Shown: positions 19,554 to 27,737 of the stretch, piece by piece | How positions within the stretch are numbered: position 1 is the stretch's first letter | How the letters are laid out: the number at the start of each line of letters is the position of its first letter | Virus record (IMG/VR): IMGVR_UViG_3300013281_000008 | Coordinates: 1 to 64,000 of that record | Strand: one strand, 5' to 3' | DNA from: a virus | Taxonomy: Duplodnaviria > Caudoviricetes | DNA: 64,000 nt | Translations under genes and position numbers: made by a program | The notes under the pieces: model-generated | What the model was told of the DNA's origin: nothing | Seen by the model: the letters and a program-made list of their open reading frames with translations, nothing else | Database searches by the model: none

Positions 19554-20280
19554 CTTTCTTCTTATCCAATTCTTCTTTAACTTCTTTGATTGCTTCGTCT
19601 AATTCCGCCACACGACTGTTACGTTGAGAAGGTGTACCATGCCAAGATAATTCCCAAAACACGCCATAAAGAATGTGGAAAAGGGAATAATGAACTTCAT
19701 CATATTCTAGTAGAACTTTACCCGGAGTTACTTCCACTTTATGGTGTTCTTCATCGTAAACCGTTCCCTTTTGACCGAGCTTTAAGGGTAAATTAATCAA
19801 TTCGTTAGCCGGAGTCAATGAAATGGCATAACCGCCTTTGGTTCCTTCTTTGATAAATTCATCAGCAAGCCAAGTTCCCCAGCCATGAAACTGAGGAAAG
19901 AGACCTCCAGAAAGAATTCTAGGAACTTCTAAGAACTTATCTTCCTTTTCACTGAACTCTTGGGTAATTCGAAGATCCCAATATAGTTCTAGATGATCAA
20001 TCTCGGAAGCTTTCTTCTCCGTTGGAACATGAAGACCTTCGTGAACAAGCTCATTGAATCCTCTCGGCATAATAAGAGAAAGGAAAGCTTCGTGTTTTTC
20101 TGCCAGAAGAAACAAATCTCGTAGGATTACATCATTATCAAGATAACAGTTACTAGTGAGAAGCTTGGAAAGCTTAGACGTTTTATTCTCAGTGTAGAAT
20201 TCACCAGCTTCAGAATTCCAGACGGTCATCATTATTTCACCACCTTTGGTTATCTTGATATCTCCATCACCCAAGTTCAC
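19546..20280 (-). CDS. hypothetical protein
   Basis: 244-aa ORF, GTG start, SD supplied by cassette B. Confidence 0.7.
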   Translation of the reverse strand: MNLGDGDIKITKGGEIMMTVWNSEAGEFYTENKTSKLSKLLTSNCYLDNDVILRDLFLLAEKHEAFLSLIMPRGFNELVHEGLHVPTEKKASEIDHLELYWDLRITQEFSEKEDKFLEVPRILSGGLFPQFHGWGTWLADEFIKEGTKGGYAISLTPANELINLPLKLGQKGTVYDEEHHKVEVTPGKVLLEYDEVHYSLFHILYGVFWELSWHGTPSQRNSRVAELDEAIKEVKEELDKKKDD

Positions 20281-20396
20281 TTATTACTCTCCTTCAAATC
20301 CTCAGTAAGCTGATTCCCAAGCTGACTCATAAGCTGACTCTCAAGCTGACTCCTAAGCTGACCCTTCAACTCTTCACCTAGGAAATCAGAGTTCAT
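20277..20396 (-). CDS. xxQL-repeat cassette B (5 units, 39 aa; not in ORF track)
   Basis: Translates as MNSDFLGEELKGQLRSQLESQLMSQLGNQLTEDLKESNK*. Confidence 0.8.
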   Translation of the reverse strand: MNSDFLGEELKGQLRSQLESQLMSQLGNQLTEDLKESNK

Positions 20397-21867
20397 ATTC
20401 TCTAACTTCTCCCGCAAAATGATCTTTGTATATCATAACACGTTTTCTAAGATGTTGTCCAAGAAATCTAGTATTTAGGAAATCAAAATCATAAATATAA
20501 GCCTTTTCCTTACCCGGATATAGTCTTACTGCGCGGCCTACAGATTGGACGAGCTTAATCTCCGACTTTCCGCCTCCTCCAATAATCAAGTGCTTTGTGG
20601 AGCGTATGTCTATACCTTCCCCGATGACAGTCGTGCCTATAAGTATATTATACTTCAATTCATTAAACCCGTCAATGGCCTCTTTAATGGCTTCTTTCTT
20701 ATCATCTCCAGAAATATATTTGTTAGCATAACCCATATCAGTAAGCCAATCACTGATAAGATTACCAGCTTTATCTTTTCTGTCAACTAAAATAAGTATT
20801 TGTTCTCCCATTGGAATTGTTTTTACAATATCGGCTATTGTGTTTAAAAGCACCATGCCGCCGCAATAATTTAAATCATACTCTCTTTGATAATTTGGAT
20901 GGGCTCTACCTGGAACTTTACAAATAATGTATTCTGTTGGAGTTATAAAACCGTCTTCAACTGCTTTTTTTGGAGGATACTCATATATTACATTTGATAT
21001 AAAGCCATGTAACTCTAAAATTCTGGAATCATTTCTTAAAAAGGTCCCACTAAAGCCATACTTGTAGTATATATTATTAAAATCTTTGGCCAATTCAGTT
21101 GCTGTAAAAGCTCCCCAATGGTGGATTTCGTCCGCAATAACCATATCTACATCGCTAATAAGTTTATCTAAATGACCCTTTTTTTGAAGGGATACCAAAG
21201 TCTGAATGTTTACAATTCTTATTGGGGGTAACTTGTTCTTAGTCTTTAAACCGGCTGTCCTAACCATTTTAACTTTTGGTCCAAATGCCAAAAACAATTC
21301 ATCGTAAATCTGCTGTAAAAGGGCTAAAGAAGGCACTATAACCAACGTATTCACTTCTTTTTGCTTTATAAGCTCAACAATACACCTGGTCTTACCAGAT
21401 GCCACGGAAGCTGATATAACTCCCTTGGAATACTTATCAGTTTGCTCTAGAATTTCCTCTTGGTAATAGCGTAAAGCAGGAGGCTTATTACGCCATTTTA
21501 GTGTCAAGTAAGGGTTGGGCCTCACCCTAGTGTTGATCTCTTCATATAAGTCAAATTTGTGCGTTTTAAGGGTATTCTTAACACGGTATAACAACCCGGC
21601 CATGAAAGTATTGTTTTCGTTGAGTAAACAGACTACATCTTGGGGTAGTTCCGATAGCCTTTTTTTCAAAGCAAAGAAATACTTATGGTTCTTATACCGC
21701 TTAGCCCTCTCCATTTCGGAGTATATACGCTTACGTTCAAACTGGGTTTCTTCATTCCTATAGGATAAATCCTTGGAAATGGCATCCATGATGTCTTTTG
21801 GGAACCCCTTAAGTTCACAAAAGGAATTGCCGATAATTATCTTGGCTTTAGTTGAAGGTTGGATCAT
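20386..21867 (-). CDS. superfamily 2 helicase (UvsW-like)
   Basis: LRYYQ, ASGKT, DEIHH, SGT, EGIDI, Q.VGRAVR motifs. Confidence 0.9.
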   Translation of the reverse strand: MIQPSTKAKIIIGNSFCELKGFPKDIMDAISKDLSYRNEETQFERKRIYSEMERAKRYKNHKYFFALKKRLSELPQDVVCLLNENNTFMAGLLYRVKNTLKTHKFDLYEEINTRVRPNPYLTLKWRNKPPALRYYQEEILEQTDKYSKGVISASVASGKTRCIVELIKQKEVNTLVIVPSLALLQQIYDELFLAFGPKVKMVRTAGLKTKNKLPPIRIVNIQTLVSLQKKGHLDKLISDVDMVIADEIHHWGAFTATELAKDFNNIYYKYGFSGTFLRNDSRILELHGFISNVIYEYPPKKAVEDGFITPTEYIICKVPGRAHPNYQREYDLNYCGGMVLLNTIADIVKTIPMGEQILILVDRKDKAGNLISDWLTDMGYANKYISGDDKKEAIKEAIDGFNELKYNILIGTTVIGEGIDIRSTKHLIIGGGGKSEIKLVQSVGRAVRLYPGKEKAYIYDFDFLNTRFLGQHLRKRVMIYKDHFAGEVREYEL

Positions 21868-22366
21868 CGCCTTTAGGTTTCTTAGGGAAAGGAACTAACT
21901 GACCTTTTGGTTTATTATCTTCAATAAGCTGATCTAAATCGTTCAAAAAGGATTCAGGCTCCATTTGAACAACGCCTTGGATTAGCTCAAAGTATTCTTC
22001 TTTAGCTTGCTCCCCATACAGGATCTCTCCGGTTTTATGGCTATGGTGGAAATAAGAGCCAACTAGGAAGTCTGGGAACTGTTTACGCACAGTATCGATA
22101 AACTCCATAACTTCAATTCCTTTGGAAAGGAATGAACAACTAACCACAACTCTATCTTCTTGAGCTTCTATGATAAAATCTACGCCACCCAAAGGAGGAG
22201 TTTTAATACAAATAGCGTAATGAGGGTTTTCTTTGGCTTCTGACTGGTCTTCAACCATCAAAAGATTATCTGGAACGAATTCTTTTAGTTCTTTAAGAAT
22301 TGTTTCCATTTTAAAAACTAAGCTTTTTGAAAGCATGAATACAGCATAGCCTACTGGAGTCTTCAT
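21848..22366 (-). CDS. hypothetical protein
   Basis: 172-aa ORF. Confidence 0.65.
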   Translation of the reverse strand: MKTPVGYAVFMLSKSLVFKMETILKELKEFVPDNLLMVEDQSEAKENPHYAICIKTPPLGGVDFIIEAQEDRVVVSCSFLSKGIEVMEFIDTVRKQFPDFLVGSYFHHSHKTGEILYGEQAKEEYFELIQGVVQMEPESFLNDLDQLIEDNKPKGQLVPFPKKPKGDDPTFN

Positions 22367-22660
22367 GTCAATAGCTAATAAGTAAAGCTTTTCAATAGCC
22401 TATAGCCTACTGGACTAGCAGTACATAGCTATATTTATTCTCTAGAACCCTAAGCCTACTGTAGTCTTTCCAATACAGACCCTTCTCTCCATGTTCTATA
22501 TGAAAGCTATCTGTAGGACTTATTAGCTTATAGTAATAGCAGTATATTGAGTAGCTATTACGTAGGCTAAGACTTACAGTAAGCTATAAGCTAATGTATT
22601 GCTTAATAGCTATAATAAATCCTACTTATTACAAACTGAGCTTATTACACTGTTCTTGTC
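22340..22660. repeat. AGCT/TAGC-rich low-complexity tract with AGCCTACTG direct repeats (candidate origin)
   Basis: tagcctactgga at 22347 and 22403, aagcctactgta at 22452, and numerous AGCT/TAGC motifs; no long ORF. Confidence 0.5.
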
Positions 22661-23185
22661 CCAAAACAATTAAGGAACATGGAGTCGGGAAGTGAACTAC
22701 CTAACCGAACCGGGGTCTTGCAACAGTGCTTTTACCCATATGTTACAAAGTCATAGAATAACTGAAGGTTGGTCGTCTGACTAGGGTAGTTCAACCGGAG
22801 GGCCTCCCAATACCGCGACATAAGCTACTAGCTATCTAGAGCTAGGACTTTACATACTGAAAAGAAGAAAATAGGAATAGAACTCCTAAGATCGTGCTTT
22901 TGTTTTTTTCAGTTAGGCTTATGGTTTGGTACCTTACGCCCGCAGTTTCAGCTATCTTAATTACTATGTGGCTATAACCGCCGTTTTGTTGATTTGGCAG
23001 CAAACTCCAATTGCGGCATAAACGCTGCCCCTTAGAAAGAGTGTTTGGTGTAACTACTCCCAAGTTCCTGCGCTCTAAGAGAGTATTTCATCCCGTCGAT
23101 ACGATTAGGTCAAGTAGTCCACTCAGACTTCGGTAACTTAAATTTTCCAATCCATCATGTGAAGCAAGCAAAAGACGTTCTGTTC
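22660..23185 (-). ncRNA. candidate structured non-coding RNA (~500 nt)
   Basis: Begins just downstream of the TTAATAAGTAT motif; helices 22693-22701/22785-22793 (9 bp), 22996-23001/23024-23029 and 23031-23036/23074-23079; 5' end antisense to the primase leader. Confidence 0.55.
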
Positions 23186-23190
23186 TATAA

Positions 23191-23201
23191 ATACTTATTA
23201 A
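23191..23201 (-). promoter_or_regulatory. TTAATAAGTAT motif (only minus-strand copy seen)
   Basis: TTAATAAGTATTTATAGAACA identical to the copy at 52871(+). Confidence 0.7.
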
Positions 23202-23227
23202 CTTTTCGTTGTGAAAGACCTTTAATT

Positions 23228-23443
23228 TCATAAAACATTTGTTTCCTTTAAATCTTCAATAAGAAGATTTAGCTGACTCACAAGCTGATCCCTAAGCTGA
23301 TCCCTAAGCTGACCCCTAAGCTGAATCCCAAGCTGATCATCAAGCTGACTCCAAAGCTGACTCCAAAGCTGATCCTCAAGCTGACTCCAAAGCGGTCTCC
23401 CAAGCTGACCTTTAATATCTTCTCCTAGAAAGTCTGCTTTCAT
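23228..23443 (-). CDS. xxQL-repeat cassette C (12 units)
   Basis: Family head, units and tail present. Confidence 0.8.
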   Translation of the reverse strand: MKADFLGEDIKGQLGRPLWSQLEDQLWSQLWSQLDDQLGIQLRGQLRDQLRDQLVSQLNLLIEDLKETNVL

Positions 23444-24387
23444 TTGCGCTTCTTCCTAAACTTATTTAGCATAGACTTTTGGAAACCATATGGATCTTCA
23501 TCGTCTTCACTATCTTCATATGGATCGTATTCATCATTTTCAGCGTCTAGATGAGCTTCCATCATTTGCCTAGCTTTCAGAATAGCATCTTCAAACTTAA
23601 TACCAATACAAAGGACGCTAATAATAAGATCTTTAATATGGTCAATTGTAAAACCCTCGGTTTGCCGAACCCAGTATTCTACATCAATCTCATCTTTCAC
23701 TTTAGCTTTAAGGAACTCCCTTCTAGCATTAGCATCTGGAGTAGGAACTTCAATCACAAGAGCAAATCTAGAAGGTCTATTTCGAATACGAGGAGGAATC
23801 CTATCTAAATAATTAGTTGTAGCGATGTAAAGAACATTCTGAATCTGCATCTCACCATCTAGTAGGGAGAGGAAAGAGCCTTCGTCTCGCTCAAGCAACT
23901 TGTCCAGTTCTTCAAAGATAACTAGAATTCTTCTTTCTTGCTTCTCAATACTTCTGATAATATCCACAGCTTCAGTAAGTAGGCTGGGAGATGGACAGAA
24001 GAATACAATACTTCCGTTATTAACTTCTTTCTCAATTACTTTCGAAACTATACTAGTTTTTCCCGTCCCAGGTAAACCCCAAAGTAGAATTCCACGCTTG
24101 TAAACCATCCCATACTTAGCATAACGACTCTTAACATCTTCCGACCAAAACTGCTCAATCTCACTGATAATTGTAGAACCAACGAAACTGGGAAGTTCAA
24201 CTAGGTCATCAGTCATACTGGACATATTCTTAAAGAACATCTCTCCAGACATATCTCGATGAATTTGATAAATACCAGCTGGGAACTCTTTTTTTCCAGG
24301 ATAGTTCTTTCTTTTGAAATAGACTACTTCTCCGTTAGTGAGAAAGCCATCGTATTCCTTCTCAATTTTGTTTATAATTTTAGGCAT
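23440..24387 (-). CDS. AAA+ ATPase
   Basis: GILLWGLPGTGKT, FEELD, TTNY, NRPSRF (second region of homology). Confidence 0.9.
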   Translation of the reverse strand: MPKIINKIEKEYDGFLTNGEVVYFKRKNYPGKKEFPAGIYQIHRDMSGEMFFKNMSSMTDDLVELPSFVGSTIISEIEQFWSEDVKSRYAKYGMVYKRGILLWGLPGTGKTSIVSKVIEKEVNNGSIVFFCPSPSLLTEAVDIIRSIEKQERRILVIFEELDKLLERDEGSFLSLLDGEMQIQNVLYIATTNYLDRIPPRIRNRPSRFALVIEVPTPDANARREFLKAKVKDEIDVEYWVRQTEGFTIDHIKDLIISVLCIGIKFEDAILKARQMMEAHLDAENDEYDPYEDSEDDEDPYGFQKSMLNKFRKKRK

Positions 24388-24616
24388 TCTTCTTCTCCTT
24401 CAAATCCTCAATAAGCTGACTCCTAAGCTGATTCCCAAGCTGATCCCTAAGCTGTCTCCAAAGCTGACTCATAAGCTGATCATAAAGCTGACTCCTAAGC
24501 TGATCCCAAAGCTGACTCATAAGCTGATCCCAAAGCTGACTCAAAAGCTGACTCCTAAGCTGACTCCTAAGCTGATAGTTCAAATCTTCACCTAGGAAAT
24601 CCTGATTAGCTTTCAT
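24380..24616 (-). CDS. xxQL-repeat cassette D (14 units)
   Basis: Family head, units and tail present. Confidence 0.8.
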   Translation of the reverse strand: MKANQDFLGEDLNYQLRSQLRSQLLSQLWDQLMSQLWDQLRSQLYDQLMSQLWRQLRDQLGNQLRSQLIEDLKEKKNA

Positions 24617-25308
24617 GGAAGCCTCCAGTAGATAGTATCTTGTTTATTCTTTTTTAGAAATTCATTTACTTTAGAGAAGTGTTTACACCAAAAGAATCCC
24701 TTATGAGCAGACATCGGACTAGGATGTGCTGCTTCCAGTATTAAATGATTCGAATTGGTAATTAAATGCTTTTTCTGCTGAGCTAGTTTACCCCACAATA
24801 CCCAGACAATAGGCTGTTTTAAATCATTTACAATACGAACAACCTCGTCAGTGAATGTTTCCCATCCTAGATTCTTATGACTGAGAGGCTTTCCTTTCTC
24901 AACGGTTAGAATTGTATTAAGTAGGAATACTCCCTGAATGGCCCAGTAAGAAAGATCCCCACTTTTGTTTTCAATACCAGAATCAATCTTCAAGGCTCTA
25001 AAGATATTTGTTAAAGACTTAGGATGTTTTGCTGAATCTCTAACGGAAAAAGCTAATCCGGTAGCCGATCCGTCGTGATAAGGATCTTGACCAAGAATAA
25101 CAACCTTGATATTCCAGGGAGGACAAAGATCAAAAGCTTTAAATACATCAAAGCTCATTGGATAGATTGTTGTCCCATTAAATCTCATTTCTTTAATCCT
25201 ATTTTGCATTTCAATAAAGTAGGGTTTTTCAAACTCCACTCTAAGAAGATAATTCCAATTATTCTCCATCATTTTGTACATCTTGTAAACTTCTCTGTCT
25301 TTAACCAA
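24613..25308 (-). CDS. ung: uracil-DNA glycosylase, family 1
   Basis: GQDPYH, GLAFSV, LLNT.LTV, HPSP motifs. Confidence 0.95.
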   Translation of the reverse strand: MVKDREVYKMYKMMENNWNYLLRVEFEKPYFIEMQNRIKEMRFNGTTIYPMSFDVFKAFDLCPPWNIKVVILGQDPYHDGSATGLAFSVRDSAKHPKSLTNIFRALKIDSGIENKSGDLSYWAIQGVFLLNTILTVEKGKPLSHKNLGWETFTDEVVRIVNDLKQPIVWVLWGKLAQQKKHLITNSNHLILEAAHPSPMSAHKGFFWCKHFSKVNEFLKKNKQDTIYWRLP

Positions 25309-25425
25309 TCAAGCTTTAAACTAATTACGTTTACCGTTCCACCAATAAAATAGCCTAAAACTAAACAAAGTACAAACATGCAAATTACAGGCCAAGGAAA
25401 CACTTTAAACATATTGCTTTAAAAA

Positions 25426-25533
25426 TTATATAGACCCAGACCAAGACCAAGACCTAGACCCAGACCCAGACCTAGACCCAGACCCAGACCAATATTCTTT
25501 TCTGTATTTATTCTTTTGACTTCTTGGTAACAT
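25426..25533 (-). CDS. 35-aa Ser-Gly/Trp/Arg dipeptide-repeat peptide (not in ORF track)
   Basis: Translates as MLPRSQKNKYRKEYWSGSGSRSGSGSRSWSWSGSI*; starts 1 nt after the Sm-like gene stop. Confidence 0.6.
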   Translation of the reverse strand: MLPRSQKNKYRKEYWSGSGSRSGSGSRSWSWSGSI

Positions 25534-25534
25534 A

Positions 25535-25810
25535 TTAAAGTTTTGCTTTCAATAAAGTAAAACTTTCAATAGTATTAATCATTACATAAACGTCATTTGG
25601 GAGCTTTTGAGCATCCTTAAAACTTGAATCATTAAATGACCCAGTTTCGTAAATAATTGCAGCATTGTTTAGCTTTACACATTTTTCATTTACTCCTTCA
25701 AGAGTTCCTGAGTAAATATAATTCAAGCAAAACAACGTCACTTGCTTCCCGAGTAATGCAATTAGTCCTTCGTTATCCACTTCAATTACTGCCGTTGGTA
25801 GTTTTTTCAT
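25535..25810 (-). CDS. Sm/LSm-fold-like protein
   Basis: L.LLGK.V.L....Y.G.L.GV....V.L.NA Sm1-like motif and VYV....IESF Sm2-like motif. Confidence 0.55.
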   Translation of the reverse strand: MKKLPTAVIEVDNEGLIALLGKQVTLFCLNYIYSGTLEGVNEKCVKLNNAAIIYETGSFNDSSFKDAQKLPNDVYVMINTIESFTLLKAKL

Positions 25811-26066
25811 ACTTATTCCCTTTCTTAATTAATTTAGATCGATTTTATCGTAGTCATCCTCATCACAGTTTGGGCAAATTCCGTCATCATCATTTACATA
25901 GCCCAGATAGTGGCAGCATCGATCTCTAAACATATCAGCTAACCACTCTCTATCGCAGCTTTGGCATTTATGGGCTACTTTCTCTGAATTTTGAATGTTA
26001 TATTTCATACTTTTAGCTTACTTCAAATCCTCATAAGTTTCAATTAGTCTATCTAAATTATTGAGA

Positions 26067-26387
26067 TTATTCATCTTTTAGTGCTTCATACCTAAGAGAT
26101 AGAAGATTATGTTCCAGGCTTAGTCGTTTAGAATAGTTAATTCTGGCTATCCGTCTCAGAACATTCTTCGTAATATCCTCCCCAGTTTGATGTTCGATAA
26201 CCTTAATTTGCATTCCTTCTTTTAAGAGATTGGTTATTTCAGTCAAGTTAATATAAGACCTTCGGTACTTTCGTTTGGCCGTTGGTGTCAAGTAAGTATC
26301 CTTCTCATAACCTTTTGCCCAATACTTTCGATTAGGATATCTCTTGATAACAATTGTATTCATGATTTCTTTCCATGAACTAGGCAA
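26067..26387 (-). CDS. PhaR-type (PHA accumulation regulator) DNA-binding domain protein
   Basis: IKRYPNRK...SYINL.EI..L.KEG..I.V....TGEDIT..VL motif; start may be ATG 26363. Confidence 0.75.
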   Translation of the reverse strand: MPSSWKEIMNTIVIKRYPNRKYWAKGYEKDTYLTPTAKRKYRRSYINLTEITNLLKEGMQIKVIEHQTGEDITKNVLRRIARINYSKRLSLEHNLLSLRYEALKDE

Positions 26388-26560
26388 CCGAATTCACACT
26401 TAATAAAAGGTTGTTGTCTCATAGCAGCTTCTTCTCTTTTTCTAGCGAAGAACTTTTTCCAATCTTTATCTCGCATTTCTCGCTTAATCGTTAATAGCCC
26501 TTTTTTCTTCTTTAAAAAGCGTTTAGATCGTATTAGTTCCATCGACTTTTCCTCCTTCAA
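26360..26560 (-). CDS. hypothetical basic protein
   Basis: 66-aa ORF. Confidence 0.45.
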   Translation of the reverse strand: MKEEKSMELIRSKRFLKKKKGLLTIKREMRDKDWKKFFARKREEAAMRQQPFIKCEFGCLVHGKKS

Positions 26561-26750
26561 TAACCTTAAGCATAGGCTCTACGATACACCATCCAAGTCT
26601 CGCCGTCTTATAAAAGGGCATCATAACTTCTTTTATTTCAATTGAGAAAGAATAAGCTTCTCTTTCGTTTTTGAAAGTAAGACTTCTTTCTTCTTGGATA
26701 TCTAAATCAACATAGAAGATTTTATATGTTACTCGCCAAATCTGATTCAT
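26523..26750 (-). CDS. hypothetical protein
   Basis: 75-aa ORF, SD supplied by cassette E. Confidence 0.55.
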   Translation of the reverse strand: MNQIWRVTYKIFYVDLDIQEERSLTFKNEREAYSFSIEIKEVMMPFYKTARLGWCIVEPMLKVIEGGKVDGTNTI

Positions 26751-26884
26751 TTATTTCTCTCCTTTAAATCTTCGTTAAGCTGACTCCAAAGCTGACTCAT
26801 AAGCTGACCCCCAAGCTGATCCCTAAGCTGTCTCGCAAGCTGATCCTTCAATTCTTCACCTAGGAAATCCTGATTAGCTTTCAT
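26747..26884 (-). CDS. xxQL-repeat cassette E (6 units, 45 aa; not in ORF track)
   Basis: Translates as MKANQDFLGEELKDQLARQLRDQLGGQLMSQLWSQLNEDLKERNK*; ATGA overlaps at both ends. Confidence 0.8.
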   Translation of the reverse strand: MKANQDFLGEELKDQLARQLRDQLGGQLMSQLWSQLNEDLKERNK

Positions 26885-27066
26885 AAAAACCTATAAATAA
26901 AGTGAATGATAGTTACAACTACTAGTAATTTAATAATGTCATCGAGAATTTCATTAGTCGATTCCAATCGCTTAATTGAATTTCTAATTTCCTTGATTTT
27001 TTTATCAAACTTTCTTTGCTCGATCTTTTCTCGAAATTCATAACAATCGACTTTAATATGTTCCAT
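26881..27066 (-). CDS. small protein with C-terminal TM helix
   Basis: Coiled coil followed by a hydrophobic tail. Confidence 0.5.
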   Translation of the reverse strand: MEHIKVDCYEFREKIEQRKFDKKIKEIRNSIKRLESTNEILDDIIKLLVVVTIIHFIYRFL

Positions 27067-27350
27067 TATAAATCCCTCTTTATAGTTTTTACGATCTCTT
27101 GAAACTTAACATATTGAATACGATTCATTAAATGCAGAGCAATAAAATGAAGCTCATTTAATTCTTTAAGCATGTGTTTTTTAATGTTAGTACAAGCCTG
27201 TAGTCTTTCCATCGTTCTATGTAAACTACCAGTCTCTATTTCCTTTTCAGCTTCTTTTAGACGTTTAAAACGAGCGGTAAATGCTCTGAATCTATCAGCA
27301 AAGACTGCTTTCTGTTCATCATTAATTTGCATGTTAGATTTGGTTTTCAC
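27066..27350 (-). CDS. hypothetical protein
   Basis: 94-aa ORF, GTG start after the cassette F SD. Confidence 0.55.
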   Translation of the reverse strand: MKTKSNMQINDEQKAVFADRFRAFTARFKRLKEAEKEIETGSLHRTMERLQACTNIKKHMLKELNELHFIALHLMNRIQYVKFQEIVKTIKRDL

Positions 27351-27450
27351 TTTTCTCCTTCAAATCCTCAATAAGCTGACTCCTAAGCTGATTCCCAAGC
27401 TGATTACTAAGCTGACCCTTCAACTCTTCACCTAGAAAGTCAGAGTTCAT
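27334..27450 (-). CDS. xxQL-repeat cassette F (4 units, 38 aa; not in ORF track)
   Basis: Translates as MNSDFLGEELKGQLSNQLGNQLRSQLIEDLKEKSENQI*. Confidence 0.78.
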   Translation of the reverse strand: MNSDFLGEELKGQLSNQLGNQLRSQLIEDLKEKSENQI

Positions 27451-27737
27451 TTAATATCCTTCAAATCCTCAATAAGCTGATCCCAAAGCTGATCCCTAAG
27501 CTGACTCCCAAGCTCTTTCCCAAGCTGATCCTCAAGCTGACTCCCAAGCTCTTTCCCAAGCTGATCCTCAAGCTGACTCCAAAGCGGTCTCCCAAGCTGA
27601 ATCTTAAGCGGACCCTCAAGCTGACTCCAAAGCTGACTCCAAAGCTGATCCTCAAGCTGACTCCAAAGCGGTCTCCCAAGCTGACTCCAAAGCTGATAGT
27701 TCAAATCTTCACCTAGGAAATCCTGATTAGCTTTCAT
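27447..27737 (-). CDS. xxQL-repeat cassette G (19 units)
   Basis: Family head, units and tail present; tandem with F. Confidence 0.8.
   Translation of the reverse strand: MKANQDFLGEDLNYQLWSQLGRPLWSQLEDQLWSQLWSQLEGPLKIQLGRPLWSQLEDQLGKELGSQLEDQLGKELGSQLRDQLWDQLIEDLKDIK

Noticed and set aside
22839-22853. AAAGUCCUAGCUC resembles the RNase P P4 5' strand
   Set aside because: The GAGGAAAGUCC context is incomplete and no matching 3' P4 strand was found
22842-23063. 73-aa minus-strand ORF in the ncRNA locus
   Set aside because: No recognisable motif or coupling to neighbours; overlaps predicted helices; probably spurious
15324-23178. The 23-bp inverted repeats as ends of an invertible 7.8-kb segment
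   Set aside because: No site-specific recombinase in the window, the sites lack internal dyad symmetry, and inversion would reverse core replication genes; RNA pairing explains the positions better
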